Source: an archaeon (GTDB lineage: Archaea; Nanobdellota; Nanobdellia; Pacearchaeales; GW2011-AR1). Taken from it: a stretch of 64,000 bases of DNA. Positions 1 through 8,161 of the stretch are shown in pieces. The notes below the pieces were generated by a model. That model searched no databases, had not been told where the DNA came from, and saw nothing but the letters and a program-made list of their open reading frames with translations. The stretch spans positions 14,986-78,985 of the forward strand of contig JBDRJD010000014.1 of the NCBI GenBank assembly GCA_043815245.1, read 5' to 3'. Position 1 is the first letter of the stretch. Every line of letters starts with the position of its first letter. The position numbers and the translations under genes are program-made.

Positions 1-72
1 ATTTTCTAGTGGCCCCAGTACCACTAGCTTGTCTTGAGAAACATTTATTCTTAATCCTACGTACTCTGCCAT
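1..72 (-). CDS. Partial CDS running off the left edge (MAEYVGLRINVSQDKLVVLGPLEN...), function unknown
   Basis: ATG at 72 overlaps the dph2 3' end and the frame stays open to position 1. Confidence 0.45.
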   Translation of the reverse strand, partial: MAEYVGLRINVSQDKLVVLGPLEN

Positions 73-659
73 TTTACATCCTCTGCATTAACAATCTTAC
101 TACTATCTAGATGAATTGCAGGGCAAGCCGTATTAATCCAGGATTCAATACTTGAAAAGTCATCCAGATTGTGTCCAGAAATCATGTTGCTAATAAATAA
201 ATAGGACTTTTTGCCTTTTATTTTTGATTTAATAGAAACAGCTTGCTTTAGATTGTACTGTCCAAGTTTAGTTGAAATAAGGACCCCTACTGAATCTGCA
301 TTTAGATACCTTAAGTAAGCTCCTTTTTTCTTTTGTTTAGCTTTTTCAACTTCTTCTGAGCCTACTTTCACTACTTTTGAGCCTTCGAGAGTATAGATAT
401 CTTGGGTTGAGGAAATTGCAAGTTGGATGGCATGAAATCTTCCAGAGCCTATTAGTAGGATTGGAAGGTGGGTCTTTAATTTTGAGCACCCAAGAACTTG
501 ATGAGAACCAGCTACCACCCCTCCTAATTTTTTCTTAATATGGCGCGCTAAATCCTTATACTGAATTGAATATGCGAGATAAACTTTTGTTGGAAGCTGA
601 GAGAAATCTATATCTATCTCAGAGGTTTTCCTTTTGGAGTCAACAAACATTATTTTCAT
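57..659 (-). CDS. dph2: Diphthamide synthesis protein Dph2-like, N-terminally short
   Basis: QVLGC, GSGRFHA, ISTKLGQ and INTACP motifs of the Dph1/Dph2 family; only 200 aa. Confidence 0.85.
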   Translation of the reverse strand: MKIMFVDSKRKTSEIDIDFSQLPTKVYLAYSIQYKDLARHIKKKLGGVVAGSHQVLGCSKLKTHLPILLIGSGRFHAIQLAISSTQDIYTLEGSKVVKVGSEEVEKAKQKKKGAYLRYLNADSVGVLISTKLGQYNLKQAVSIKSKIKGKKSYLFISNMISGHNLDDFSSIESWINTACPAIHLDSSKIVNAEDVKWQST

Positions 660-691
660 GTAAAGGAGAAACAGGAGGATAATTTAAAGCT

Positions 692-1069
692 TTAGATTTT
701 TTCCATTCTTGGAGGAGCAGAAGATTTCCAAATCTCTGCAAATTGAGGGGTTACTAAAAGAGTGTTCTCACCAAAACCTGCCAGGGATCCTTCTAAAGCG
801 TCGGCTGTTTTCTTAATTTTTGTAACTGCCCTTTTTAATTCGATTATGTCTTTTGTCTTTAAAGGTTTAATATCAATTACTGCAATAGTGTAACCTTCTC
901 TTAAAGCCTCAAGAATATGATTAACATCTTCAAATTTCTTAAGAACAAATGGTCTCACCACAACTTTAGCTTTTCTAGCTTCTGCACCTAAATCGATCTC
1001 AATATATTCAGGGTCTTCTTCACCTTTACCAAACCTAGAAAAACTTTCTCTTAGTCTTTTAATCACCAT
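692..1069 (-). CDS. sepF: Cell division protein SepF (archaeal)
   Basis: EYIEID N-terminus, LREGYTIAVIDIKPL, C-terminal LLVTP; ftsZ nearby. Confidence 0.85.
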   Translation of the reverse strand: MVIKRLRESFSRFGKGEEDPEYIEIDLGAEARKAKVVVRPFVLKKFEDVNHILEALREGYTIAVIDIKPLKTKDIIELKRAVTKIKKTADALEGSLAGFGENTLLVTPQFAEIWKSSAPPRMEKI

Positions 1070-1129
1070 ACTAAAATGAATACTGGCTGAGTTTATAAAG
1101 ATTTCGTTAAACTAATATGTATTTTACCT

Positions 1130-1462
1130 TTACCTGATTTTTTTTGTGAGGTTTGTCCTTAAATTAGTTAACCTTTTGTTAATAGACTCTTCCTGTTTCT
1201 CTATTGACGAAAGTCTTAGGGAAAGAATTTTCTTACGTTCTTCAAGATCTTTTTTTACGGACTCCTTATCAGTTTTAACCATCACCTGGCCGGTAATCTT
1301 GTACACTTCGTCCTCTTTTGACTTTTTTAGCTCGTATAATGCAGAATCGGTTTCGTTTAATTCCATCTGAAAAGCCTGTTTTTGCATCATAAATGCTTGG
1401 AGATTTTGCTCCAGAAGTTGTAATTCTTGCATTTCCTCAGCCATTTCTCGCTCTGCCATCAT
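1130..1462 (-). CDS. pfdB: Prefoldin beta subunit
   Basis: Coiled coil with VYKITGQVMVK hairpin; follows rpoP as in other archaea. Confidence 0.9.
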   Translation of the reverse strand: MMAEREMAEEMQELQLLEQNLQAFMMQKQAFQMELNETDSALYELKKSKEDEVYKITGQVMVKTDKESVKKDLEERKKILSLRLSSIEKQEESINKRLTNLRTNLTKKIR

Positions 1463-1596
1463 ATGGCCTTGACCTTTGCAATATGCTTCCTAGGCTTATA
1501 GAAAATCTTACTACCACAAGTAGGGCAGGTGAACCTTTTTTCCAGCGCCTTATGAGACGCTTGTTTTCCGCATTGGAAGCATTTGTATACAGCCAT
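1459..1596 (-). CDS. rpoP: RNA polymerase subunit P (Rpo12), 45 aa, not in ORF track
   Basis: Hand translation MAVYKCFQCGK...FTCPTCGSKIFYKPRK; lies between rpl37ae and pfdB; TATA TTTATAAA at 1617-1624. Confidence 0.92.
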   Translation of the reverse strand: MAVYKCFQCGKQASHKALEKRFTCPTCGSKIFYKPRKHIAKVKAI

Positions 1597-1625
1597 TTTA
1601 TTAAATATTTCTTTAGTTTATAAAT

Positions 1626-1844
1626 TTAATCAATATAATAAGTGTTATGGGCGAACTTTTTTCCGCACTTTTTACATTCCCAAATACCTTTTGACGTGCG
1701 TTTTACAGGTTTTCTTTTACAGAAAGGACATTCTTGTTTTTTTCTTTGTTTAGATTCTACTTCAATAAGCTTCTTTCTTACTCGCTTTCCATAGCCTACT
1801 CTAAATCTTCCTGAATGTTTAACTTTCTTAGTTTTTGTTCCCAT
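1626..1844 (-). CDS. rpl37ae: 50S ribosomal protein L37Ae (eL43)
   Basis: GRFRVGYG, CPFC...GIWECKKC zinc ribbon; start moved to ATG 1844 because the longer ORF overlaps the tRNA. Confidence 0.95.
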   Translation of the reverse strand: MGTKTKKVKHSGRFRVGYGKRVRKKLIEVESKQRKKQECPFCKRKPVKRTSKGIWECKKCGKKFAHNTYYID

Positions 1845-1855
1845 TTTCCTTAAAG

Positions 1856-1928
1856 TGGGGCTACCAGGATTTGAACCTGGGTCGCAAGGTCCCAAACCTC
1901 GAAGGCTACCAGACTACCCCATAGCCCC
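1856..1928 (-). tRNA. tRNA-Pro(UGG), CCA not encoded
   Basis: Cloverleaf: acceptor GGGGCTA/TAGCCCC, anticodon arm CGAGG-TTTGGGA-CCTTG, T arm CCAGG-TTCAAAT-CCTGG. Confidence 0.95.
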
Positions 1929-1961
1929 TTAAAGTAATTGTGTCGGAGAAGGTTTATAAAT

Positions 1962-2618
1962 TTACTTCTTGGGCTCTTCTTTTTTCTCTACTGTCTTTGG
2001 GGCGCCGGCAGCAGATTCTGCCTTCTTCTCCTCTTCAGCTTTCTTTTCCTCTTCTTCCTTCTTTAGAATGACATCTTGCTTTGATTTGACATCTTCAAAG
2101 AAATCATTCAATTGTTTTTTCTTTTCCTCAGATAATTCCGTTTTTTGTCCGTTAATTTCAGCATCATACTTCCCTTCATCTATTTCCTTTTCAACTTCTA
2201 GAGGATCTCTGCTTTCAACTAGTACTCCTAAGGATATACAGCTCCCCACAACAGATTTCACTGCGGCTTTAAAGCTACTGACAAGCATATTGGGCTGTTT
2301 TACTTTTGCAACAGAGATAATCTGTTCAATTGCAAGATTACCTATTTTTTGCTTTTTTCTTGCACCACTGCCTTTTTCGACCCCTAACTCTTTTTTAAGA
2401 AGCTCTGCCACAGGAGGGGAGTATACTTTGACACTAAATTGTTTATTAGAAGGGTTTACCTCTAAATCCACAGGAACCTTCATTCCCTTGAATCCTTTAG
2501 TTGTTTCGTTTACTTTTTGCATTACCTGCTGGATATTAATCCCCAGAGGTCCAAGTTTTTGACCCACTGCTGGGCCTGGTTTCATATCTCCTCCATCCAC
2601 TAGTAGTTTGATTATCAT
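1962..2618 (-). CDS. rpl11: 50S ribosomal protein L11 (uL11) with charged C-terminal tail
   Basis: PGPAVGQKLGPLGINI, GMKVPV and VGSCISLGV motifs. Confidence 0.97.
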   Translation of the reverse strand: MIIKLLVDGGDMKPGPAVGQKLGPLGINIQQVMQKVNETTKGFKGMKVPVDLEVNPSNKQFSVKVYSPPVAELLKKELGVEKGSGARKKQKIGNLAIEQIISVAKVKQPNMLVSSFKAAVKSVVGSCISLGVLVESRDPLEVEKEIDEGKYDAEINGQKTELSEEKKKQLNDFFEDVKSKQDVILKKEEEEKKAEEEKKAESAAGAPKTVEKKEEPKK

Positions 2619-2620
2619 TT

Positions 2621-3088
2621 CTAGTCCTCCACCTCTTCGTCTTCTTCTTTATCTTCTCTCCTTATGACCTTGATATTATCTAATTTGACTGTTACAGGTA
2701 TAGGTATTGCAGCCCCCAGTAGAGTCACTGTAGCTTCTTCTTTTTGTTTATCTACCCTTACCACTCTTGCTTTTTCTTTTTTAAATGGTTCAGAAATCAT
2801 CTCCACAATATCATTTTTCTCTATATTAATTTGCTCCACAGTAGGTTCTATCATATTTTTTATTTCAGAATATTCCACTGTTTTTCCCACTATACCTTTC
2901 ACATAAGGTAAGTTGAAAGCAGCTTCTTCTGCGACTTCTCTTTCAGGGGCCTCTAGAAAAACATATCCTCTTAATCCGTGAGGACGAGCAATTGAGTATA
3001 CTGGAAGTGCTTTCTTGTTTACTTTTTCAATTATCATTTCCATTGCTCTTTCTTCTTTGTTTGTTGTTACCTTGATTACATAAATCAT
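2621..3088 (-). CDS. spt5: Transcription elongation factor Spt5/NusG
   Basis: NGN domain (LRGYVFLEA) plus KOW (EPFKKEKARV); secE-spt5-rpl11 order. Confidence 0.95.
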   Translation of the reverse strand: MIYVIKVTTNKEERAMEMIIEKVNKKALPVYSIARPHGLRGYVFLEAPEREVAEEAAFNLPYVKGIVGKTVEYSEIKNMIEPTVEQINIEKNDIVEMISEPFKKEKARVVRVDKQKEEATVTLLGAAIPIPVTVKLDNIKVIRREDKEEDEEVED

Positions 3089-3113
3089 TTTAACTTTCTA
3101 ACGAATTATCGCC

Positions 3114-3143
3114 CAACTAACTCCTAATTATTAGAATTAGTTG
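3114..3143 (-). promoter_or_regulatory. Hairpin at the 5' end of the predicted spt5-rpl11 leader
   Basis: CAACUAAUUC pairs with GAGUUAGUUG (10 bp, one GU), just downstream of TATA TTTAAATA at 3165-3172. Confidence 0.5.
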
Positions 3144-3176
3144 AAAATAATAAAATCAAGGGGTATTTAAATTTTC

Positions 3177-3344
3177 CTATTCAAAGACACTCATAATTAT
3201 CGCTATAAAAAATCCTAGAAGTCCGATTGCAAGAATGCCAATAGCTGAAACCTTTAAAATTGTAGTGAACTCTTTTTTGTCTGGCTTTCTAAGTACGTGC
3301 CATACTCTTTTACACTTTAATAAAAATGAGGTTAAAGCTTTCAT
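3177..3344 (-). CDS. secE: Protein translocase SecE/Sec61-gamma, 55 aa, not in ORF track
   Basis: Hand translation MKALTSFLLKCKRVWHVLRKPDKKEF...GILAIGLLGFFI; ftsZ-secE-spt5 synteny. Confidence 0.95.
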   Translation of the reverse strand: MKALTSFLLKCKRVWHVLRKPDKKEFTTILKVSAIGILAIGLLGFFIAIIMSVFE

Positions 3345-3374
3345 TATAGGAGTAAAGAATTTTAGTTTTTAAAT

Positions 3375-4490
3375 TTATTCTTCTAGAAATTCTATCCCTA
3401 GTTCTTCAGAAATGTCCTTTCTATGTTTTTCTTCTTTAGTCTCGCCCTTACCCAGTATTTGACTTGATTTCACACCAGTTACTATCAGCATTACACGGAT
3501 GGCCTTGTCCATATCCTCGGAAATTTGGGCGCCCCAAATCATCTTTGCATCCTCTCCAAGTTTTTGACCCACGTACTCAATAATACTTTTAGATTCGTCT
3601 AAGCTTAGGTCGGGGCCTCCGATTATGTTTACTAAGGCTCCTGAAGCGTTGCTAACATCTACGTCGAGCAGTGGATTTTGAAGAGCTTTTTCGACGGCCT
3701 CTATTGCCCTATTCTGAGAATCGGCTTCTCCCATCCCAATTAAGGAAACCCCTCCATCAACCATCACAGCCCTTATATCCGCAAAGTCAAGATTAACAAG
3801 CCCGGCCTTAGTTACTAGTTCAGTAGTTCCTTTTACAGCATTGGTAAGGATTTCATCTGCAACTTTGAATGCAGTGTGTAGCGGGAGTTCAGGGGCTAAT
3901 TCAAGAAGTTTATCATTTGGAATTACAATTAAGGTATCTACAGTTGCTTCCATTCTTTCTAAGCCATACACAGAGTTTTCAATTCTTTTACGGCCTTCGA
4001 TAGAGAAGGGCAGTGTGACAATCCCGATAGTTAAGGCACCTTGCTTTTTTGCAAGCTCTGCAGCTACTGGGGCTGCTCCTGTTCCTGTACCTCCTCCAAG
4101 CCCACAAGTAATAAAAATCATATCGCTTCCTGCTAGTCTTTTTTTAATTTCATGTTCTGATTCGCGGGCTGCTTCCTCCCCAACTTTAGGATTACTTCCT
4201 GCACCGAGACCTCTTGTGAGCTCTCTGCCAATAAGGATCTTATAGTCTGCAGAAGTGTATAGAAGATCTTGAGCATCTGTATTTATAGCAAGGAGTTCCG
4301 CCCCTTTAATACCAATTTCCTTCATTCTAGAAAGAGTATTTCCTCCGCCACCACCAACACCAACTACTTTCACCTTTGCTGTTTGCTTTTTTAAGAGCTC
4401 TTCTAACTCACGATCAATTTCAATAAGTTCGGGGTTTACATCGTCATTTATTGTAGGGGTTAGATCCTCTCTTTTAGTGAATTCTGCCAT
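3375..4490 (-). CDS. ftsZ: Cell division GTPase FtsZ
   Basis: GVGGGGGN, GLGGGTGTG tubulin signature, NLDFAD. Confidence 0.99.
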   Translation of the reverse strand: MAEFTKREDLTPTINDDVNPELIEIDRELEELLKKQTAKVKVVGVGGGGGNTLSRMKEIGIKGAELLAINTDAQDLLYTSADYKILIGRELTRGLGAGSNPKVGEEAARESEHEIKKRLAGSDMIFITCGLGGGTGTGAAPVAAELAKKQGALTIGIVTLPFSIEGRKRIENSVYGLERMEATVDTLIVIPNDKLLELAPELPLHTAFKVADEILTNAVKGTTELVTKAGLVNLDFADIRAVMVDGGVSLIGMGEADSQNRAIEAVEKALQNPLLDVDVSNASGALVNIIGGPDLSLDESKSIIEYVGQKLGEDAKMIWGAQISEDMDKAIRVMLIVTGVKSSQILGKGETKEEKHRKDISEELGIEFLEE

Positions 4491-4572
4491 TTTAAACTAA
4501 ACTTTGACAAGTATTTAAGGATTATTGTGAAGTATAACAATTATTATAAACTGAAATGAATCTAGCTATTGA

Positions 4573-5238
4573 ATGCCTGAAGTGGATTTAGCAGTATTTG
4601 ATTGGAACGGATGTATGCTCGCCGATACCCAACCTTGTTATGAGGCAGATTGTCATGCTATTCTAGAGTTTGGTGGCACGCCTCCAGATATGAATGAGTA
4701 TCGGAAAACAGTGATTATACCTGCAAATGACTTTTATGTGCTTTATGGATGCAATAGGGAGGAGCTTGAAGCAAATAAAGAGAGGCTTGGAAAGGTGTTT
4801 CACGATTTTTATGAACCAAGGGCTGGAAAGTGCAGGACAAGGAAAGGGTTAAGGGAAACGCTAGAGCACTTAAGAAATAATAAGATTGATTCAATTATAC
4901 TAAGTAATCATACTATTCCTGGGATTAATACCCAGCTAGAACGACTAAATCTTCAAGGTTATATTTCTGAAGTTTTGGCAAATGACTTATTGTATGGGAG
5001 TATGGAGGGGAGGAGTAAGTTAGGAAGGTTAAAACAGTTTTATGAAAGAAACAAGGGAATATATTCTCCAGATAGGTCGGTGATTATTGGTGATTCGCCA
5101 GAAGAAATAGAAATTGGGAAGGAGTTAGGAATGTTAACAGTAGCAATTGAGGGTGGCTATTATGATGAAAAAAGACTGGTTGCTGCAGAGCCGCACCACC
5201 AAATCAGAAGAATTAGCTGCTTGATCAATCTTGTTTAG
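4573..5238 (+). CDS. HAD-superfamily hydrolase
   Basis: Motif I FDWNG, ILSN, IIGDSPEEI. Confidence 0.85.
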   Translation: MPEVDLAVFDWNGCMLADTQPCYEADCHAILEFGGTPPDMNEYRKTVIIPANDFYVLYGCNREELEANKERLGKVFHDFYEPRAGKCRTRKGLRETLEHLRNNKIDSIILSNHTIPGINTQLERLNLQGYISEVLANDLLYGSMEGRSKLGRLKQFYERNKGIYSPDRSVIIGDSPEEIEIGKELGMLTVAIEGGYYDEKRLVAAEPHHQIRRISCLINLV

Positions 5239-5881
5239 GTTCTTTTTTCTTCTCAGGAGATTTTATTAGAACTTCTAGAGTAAGATCAAGTATTTCTTTG
5301 AATTTCTCTTTGAACATTGAAGCAAAGGCAACAATATTTTTATCACCTTCAATTACAAGTTTTTTATTTTCAATTTTGAAGGGGACATCTTGCCTAAACA
5401 AAAATTTTATAATCGCGCCCGCTTTCTCTTCCAGGGCCTCAATTTTTCTTTTAACTTTTAGATCGTAGATTACTTCCTTTCCAGCAAGAGGATTGTTAAA
5501 GTCAACTATTACTCTGCCTCCTGAAACAGTTGAGACTTTTCCCATCATTCCATCAAAATTGAAGATCATACCGGATTGAGGTCGAATATCCTGGCCCTTA
5601 AATACAGAAAGGGGCATTGTTTTTAGTAGTTCCCTTTTTCTTTGGCCAAATGCTTCTTCAGAAGATAGTTCAAGAGAGTATTCCTTGCCCTCTTCTTTGC
5701 CAATCAAGAATTTATCTATAGATGGGAGGATCATATTTTGGCCTAAACAGATTATTAAGGGCCTAGACTCAAAGTCAATTTCTAATTTAGTGGCTTCTTC
5801 TTTTATATTAGTATCAAATATTTCTCCTTCCTTGACTCTTCCTGTAAACTCAAGTTCTATAAAATCCTTTTCATTTAACAT
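5225..5881 (-). CDS. FKBP-type peptidyl-prolyl isomerase (long archaeal SlyD-like)
   Basis: FDTN, EEAFGQR, VDFNNPLAGK; start 5881 fits TATA spacing. Confidence 0.92.
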   Translation of the reverse strand: MLNEKDFIELEFTGRVKEGEIFDTNIKEEATKLEIDFESRPLIICLGQNMILPSIDKFLIGKEEGKEYSLELSSEEAFGQRKRELLKTMPLSVFKGQDIRPQSGMIFNFDGMMGKVSTVSGGRVIVDFNNPLAGKEVIYDLKVKRKIEALEEKAGAIIKFLFRQDVPFKIENKKLVIEGDKNIVAFASMFKEKFKEILDLTLEVLIKSPEKKKEPKQD

Positions 5882-5902
5882 AAAAAATTCATTCAAGAAA
5901 GC

Positions 5903-5910
5903 TTTATAAA
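5903..5910. promoter_or_regulatory. Palindromic TATA box TTTATAAA shared by divergent FKBP and aIF5A genes
   Basis: Exactly 21 nt from both ATGs (5881 and 5932); purine-rich BRE-like flank on each strand. Confidence 0.7.
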
Positions 5911-5931
5911 TGTATTTCTTCTCTTCAATTT

Positions 5932-6321
5932 ATGGCTTTTAAACTTATTGATGCTACAGATGTTAGAAGTGGGACTGCAATCCTAGTGGATGGAGAGCCT
6001 TGTCTTGTAAGATCTATGGATAAGAGTAAGACTGGTAAGCATGGGGCGAGTAAGTGTAGGATTGAAGCTATAAGTATAATGAGTGGCAATAAGAAAATTG
6101 TTGCGGTTCCTGGATCAACGCGATTTGAAGTGCCAATGATAGAAAAAAACCGTGCGCAAATACTTTCTATTACAGAAGGCAATGCTAATGTTATGGATAG
6201 TGATAGTTTTGAGAATTTTGAAGTGGTAATTCCAGAAGAATTTAAAGAGGACATAAAAGAGGGAGATCAAGTTGAATATTGGAAGGTGAATGGTAAAAAA
6301 ATAATTAAGAGGAAGATGTAA
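5932..6321 (+). CDS. eif5a: Translation factor aIF5A
   Basis: Hypusine loop SKTGKHGASK. Confidence 0.97.
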   Translation: MAFKLIDATDVRSGTAILVDGEPCLVRSMDKSKTGKHGASKCRIEAISIMSGNKKIVAVPGSTRFEVPMIEKNRAQILSITEGNANVMDSDSFENFEVVIPEEFKEDIKEGDQVEYWKVNGKKIIKRKM

Positions 6322-6485
6322 TGGCGAGAATACCTGCTGCACAGTCAAGATTATTTAAGAATGTTTTTGTGTGTAAAAGATGCGGAACTAAACAAAGATC
6401 TGAGCCTAGAAAAATAATCACAAAAAAAGTGGCGTGTAGAAAGTGTGGTAGGAAAAACTTTAGACCTCTTAAGAGTAAGAAGTAA
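6321..6485 (+). CDS. rpl40e: 50S ribosomal protein L40e, 54 aa, not in ORF track
   Basis: Hand translation MARIPAAQSRLFKNVFVCKRCG...CRKCGRKNFRPLKSKK. Confidence 0.9.
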   Translation: MARIPAAQSRLFKNVFVCKRCGTKQRSEPRKIITKKVACRKCGRKNFRPLKSKK

Positions 6486-6499
6486 TTTCAAAATTTAAA

Positions 6500-7885
6500 A
6501 TGAGTATAGTGTTTTATGACCTGAGTTTTCTTGTAATTTTTACTTTAGCTGTGGTTCTCTTTCTTTATAAAAGAAGGAGCAAGCTCGAGAGAGAAGGGAT
6601 ATTATATCTTTATAGGACCCAGATAGGAATAAAGTTTATTAATTATGTTGGGGGAAGATTTGAAAAGTTTTGGAGCAAGCTTGGGTATGTGGTGATATTC
6701 TCAGGATATGTTATGATGATTACGATGGTCTATTTGTTAATACAAATTCTCTACATTTACATTAAGCAACCATTGTTTGTGCAGGCGATAAAGATTCCCC
6801 CAATTGCCCCCTTAATTCCTTATCTTCCAAGTCTTTTTAAGGCCGATTTTCTACCGATGTTTTATTTTACATATTGGATAATAAGTATAGCAATAATTGC
6901 AACTGTGCATGAGTTTTCACATGGAATCTTCGCGAGGCATGCAAGATTAAAAATCAAGTCAACAGGATTTGGATTTCTTGGGCCACTGTTAGCAGCATTT
7001 GTGGAGCCTGATGAGAAAAAAATGCAAAAGATCGACAAAAAAAATCAACTTGCGATATTGTGTGCAGGAAGTTTTGCAAATTTGATCACAGCAATTTTAT
7101 TTTTCTTTATTATGTGGTTGTTTTTTATTGGAACATTTATACCTTCAGGAGTTATAGTTGGGGGGTATTCATCTACGCAAGTTAGCACGGCAGATATAAG
7201 CAGTATGGGTGGGGGGATTGGGATTAGTATTGACGGATTCAACCTTACTCAGATTGAGGTTGGTGAAAATATTTATTTCACAAACTTAGAAAAAGTAAAT
7301 TTAAGCTCAGAAAAAATTAATGTGTTTATAGATTCTCCGGCGTTGAGGGCAGAATTGATGGGAATCATCACCGAATTCGATGGGGAGGAGGTAAAAGACA
7401 GTTTTGATTTGAGTGAAAAGCTTTACAAACGAAATGTTGGGGACAAGATTGTAGTCAAGACCTTGCTTAATGACTCGAGGGAAGAGTATGAGATAACTTT
7501 AGGAAAAAATCCAATAAATCAAAGTCTACCTTTTCTAGGAATAGTTTTGGGAACTCAAGCGAGTCGTGGAGTTTTAGGCGGACTTAGAGAGACTATTTCG
7601 TTTTTTAAAGTTCCGGGGACTAATTACTTATCAAAGATAAACTGGGACCTTGGTGTATTCATATATAATTTGTTTTGGTGGATAATTTTGATAAATATCT
7701 CGGTCGCATTAGTAAACATGCTGCCTGTTGGAATCTTCGACGGAGGTAGAGTATTTTATGTTACAATGCTAACGGTTTTAAAATCAGAGAGGTGGGCTAA
7801 AAAAGCTTACTTAGCGGCAACTTATATAATAATACTCGTCTTTGTTTTATTAACAGTAATTTGGGGAGTTAATTATTTTAAGTAG
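6500..7885 (+). CDS. Site-2 (M50) intramembrane metalloprotease with PDZ-like insert
   Basis: HEFSH, AAFVEPD and NMLPVGIFDGG motifs. Confidence 0.93.
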   Translation: MSIVFYDLSFLVIFTLAVVLFLYKRRSKLEREGILYLYRTQIGIKFINYVGGRFEKFWSKLGYVVIFSGYVMMITMVYLLIQILYIYIKQPLFVQAIKIPPIAPLIPYLPSLFKADFLPMFYFTYWIISIAIIATVHEFSHGIFARHARLKIKSTGFGFLGPLLAAFVEPDEKKMQKIDKKNQLAILCAGSFANLITAILFFFIMWLFFIGTFIPSGVIVGGYSSTQVSTADISSMGGGIGISIDGFNLTQIEVGENIYFTNLEKVNLSSEKINVFIDSPALRAELMGIITEFDGEEVKDSFDLSEKLYKRNVGDKIVVKTLLNDSREEYEITLGKNPINQSLPFLGIVLGTQASRGVLGGLRETISFFKVPGTNYLSKINWDLGVFIYNLFWWIILINISVALVNMLPVGIFDGGRVFYVTMLTVLKSERWAKKAYLAATYIIILVFVLLTVIWGVNYFK

Positions 7886-7931
7886 GTTTAAACGAAAGTT
7901 TTTTCTTAATCAAGCAAAAATGATTTGGGGC

Positions 7932-7947
7932 GAAAGGTATTTAAATA
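7932..7947 (+). promoter_or_regulatory. BRE-TATA promoter of the Lys-rich micro-ORF
   Basis: GAAAGGTA-TTTAAATA. Confidence 0.6.
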
Positions 7948-7995
7948 AAAAAATCTTGGTTTTAATAATAAAATTTAATTAAAAAAGAGGTTAAA

Positions 7996-8064
7996 ATGGC
8001 AAAGAAAAAGAAAGCTGCAAAGAAAACAAAGAAGAAAGCTGCAAAGAAAAAGAAGAAGAGATAA
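7996..8064 (+). CDS. 22-aa Lys/Ala-rich micro-protein MAKKKKAAKKTKKKAAKKKKKR
   Basis: SD GAGGT 4 nt before the ATG, upstream TATA, T-rich tract after the stop. Confidence 0.75.
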   Translation: MAKKKKAAKKTKKKAAKKKKKR

Positions 8065-8069
8065 GTAAG

Positions 8070-8090
8070 TTTTATTTTTTTTATTTTTTT
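8070..8090 (+). terminator. Oligo-T archaeal-type terminator
   Basis: Near-continuous T run directly after the micro-ORF stop. Confidence 0.55.
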
Positions 8091-8161
8091 ATATATTCTA
8101 ATAATTTTTTCTATAGCTTTTAAAGGAAAGGTTTAAATTTTTATTGTTTTTAACTTTTATA

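Noticed and set aside
1845..1895. N-terminal extension of rpl37ae given by the ORF track
   Set aside because: It is a translation of the tRNA-Pro gene; the real start is ATG 1844.
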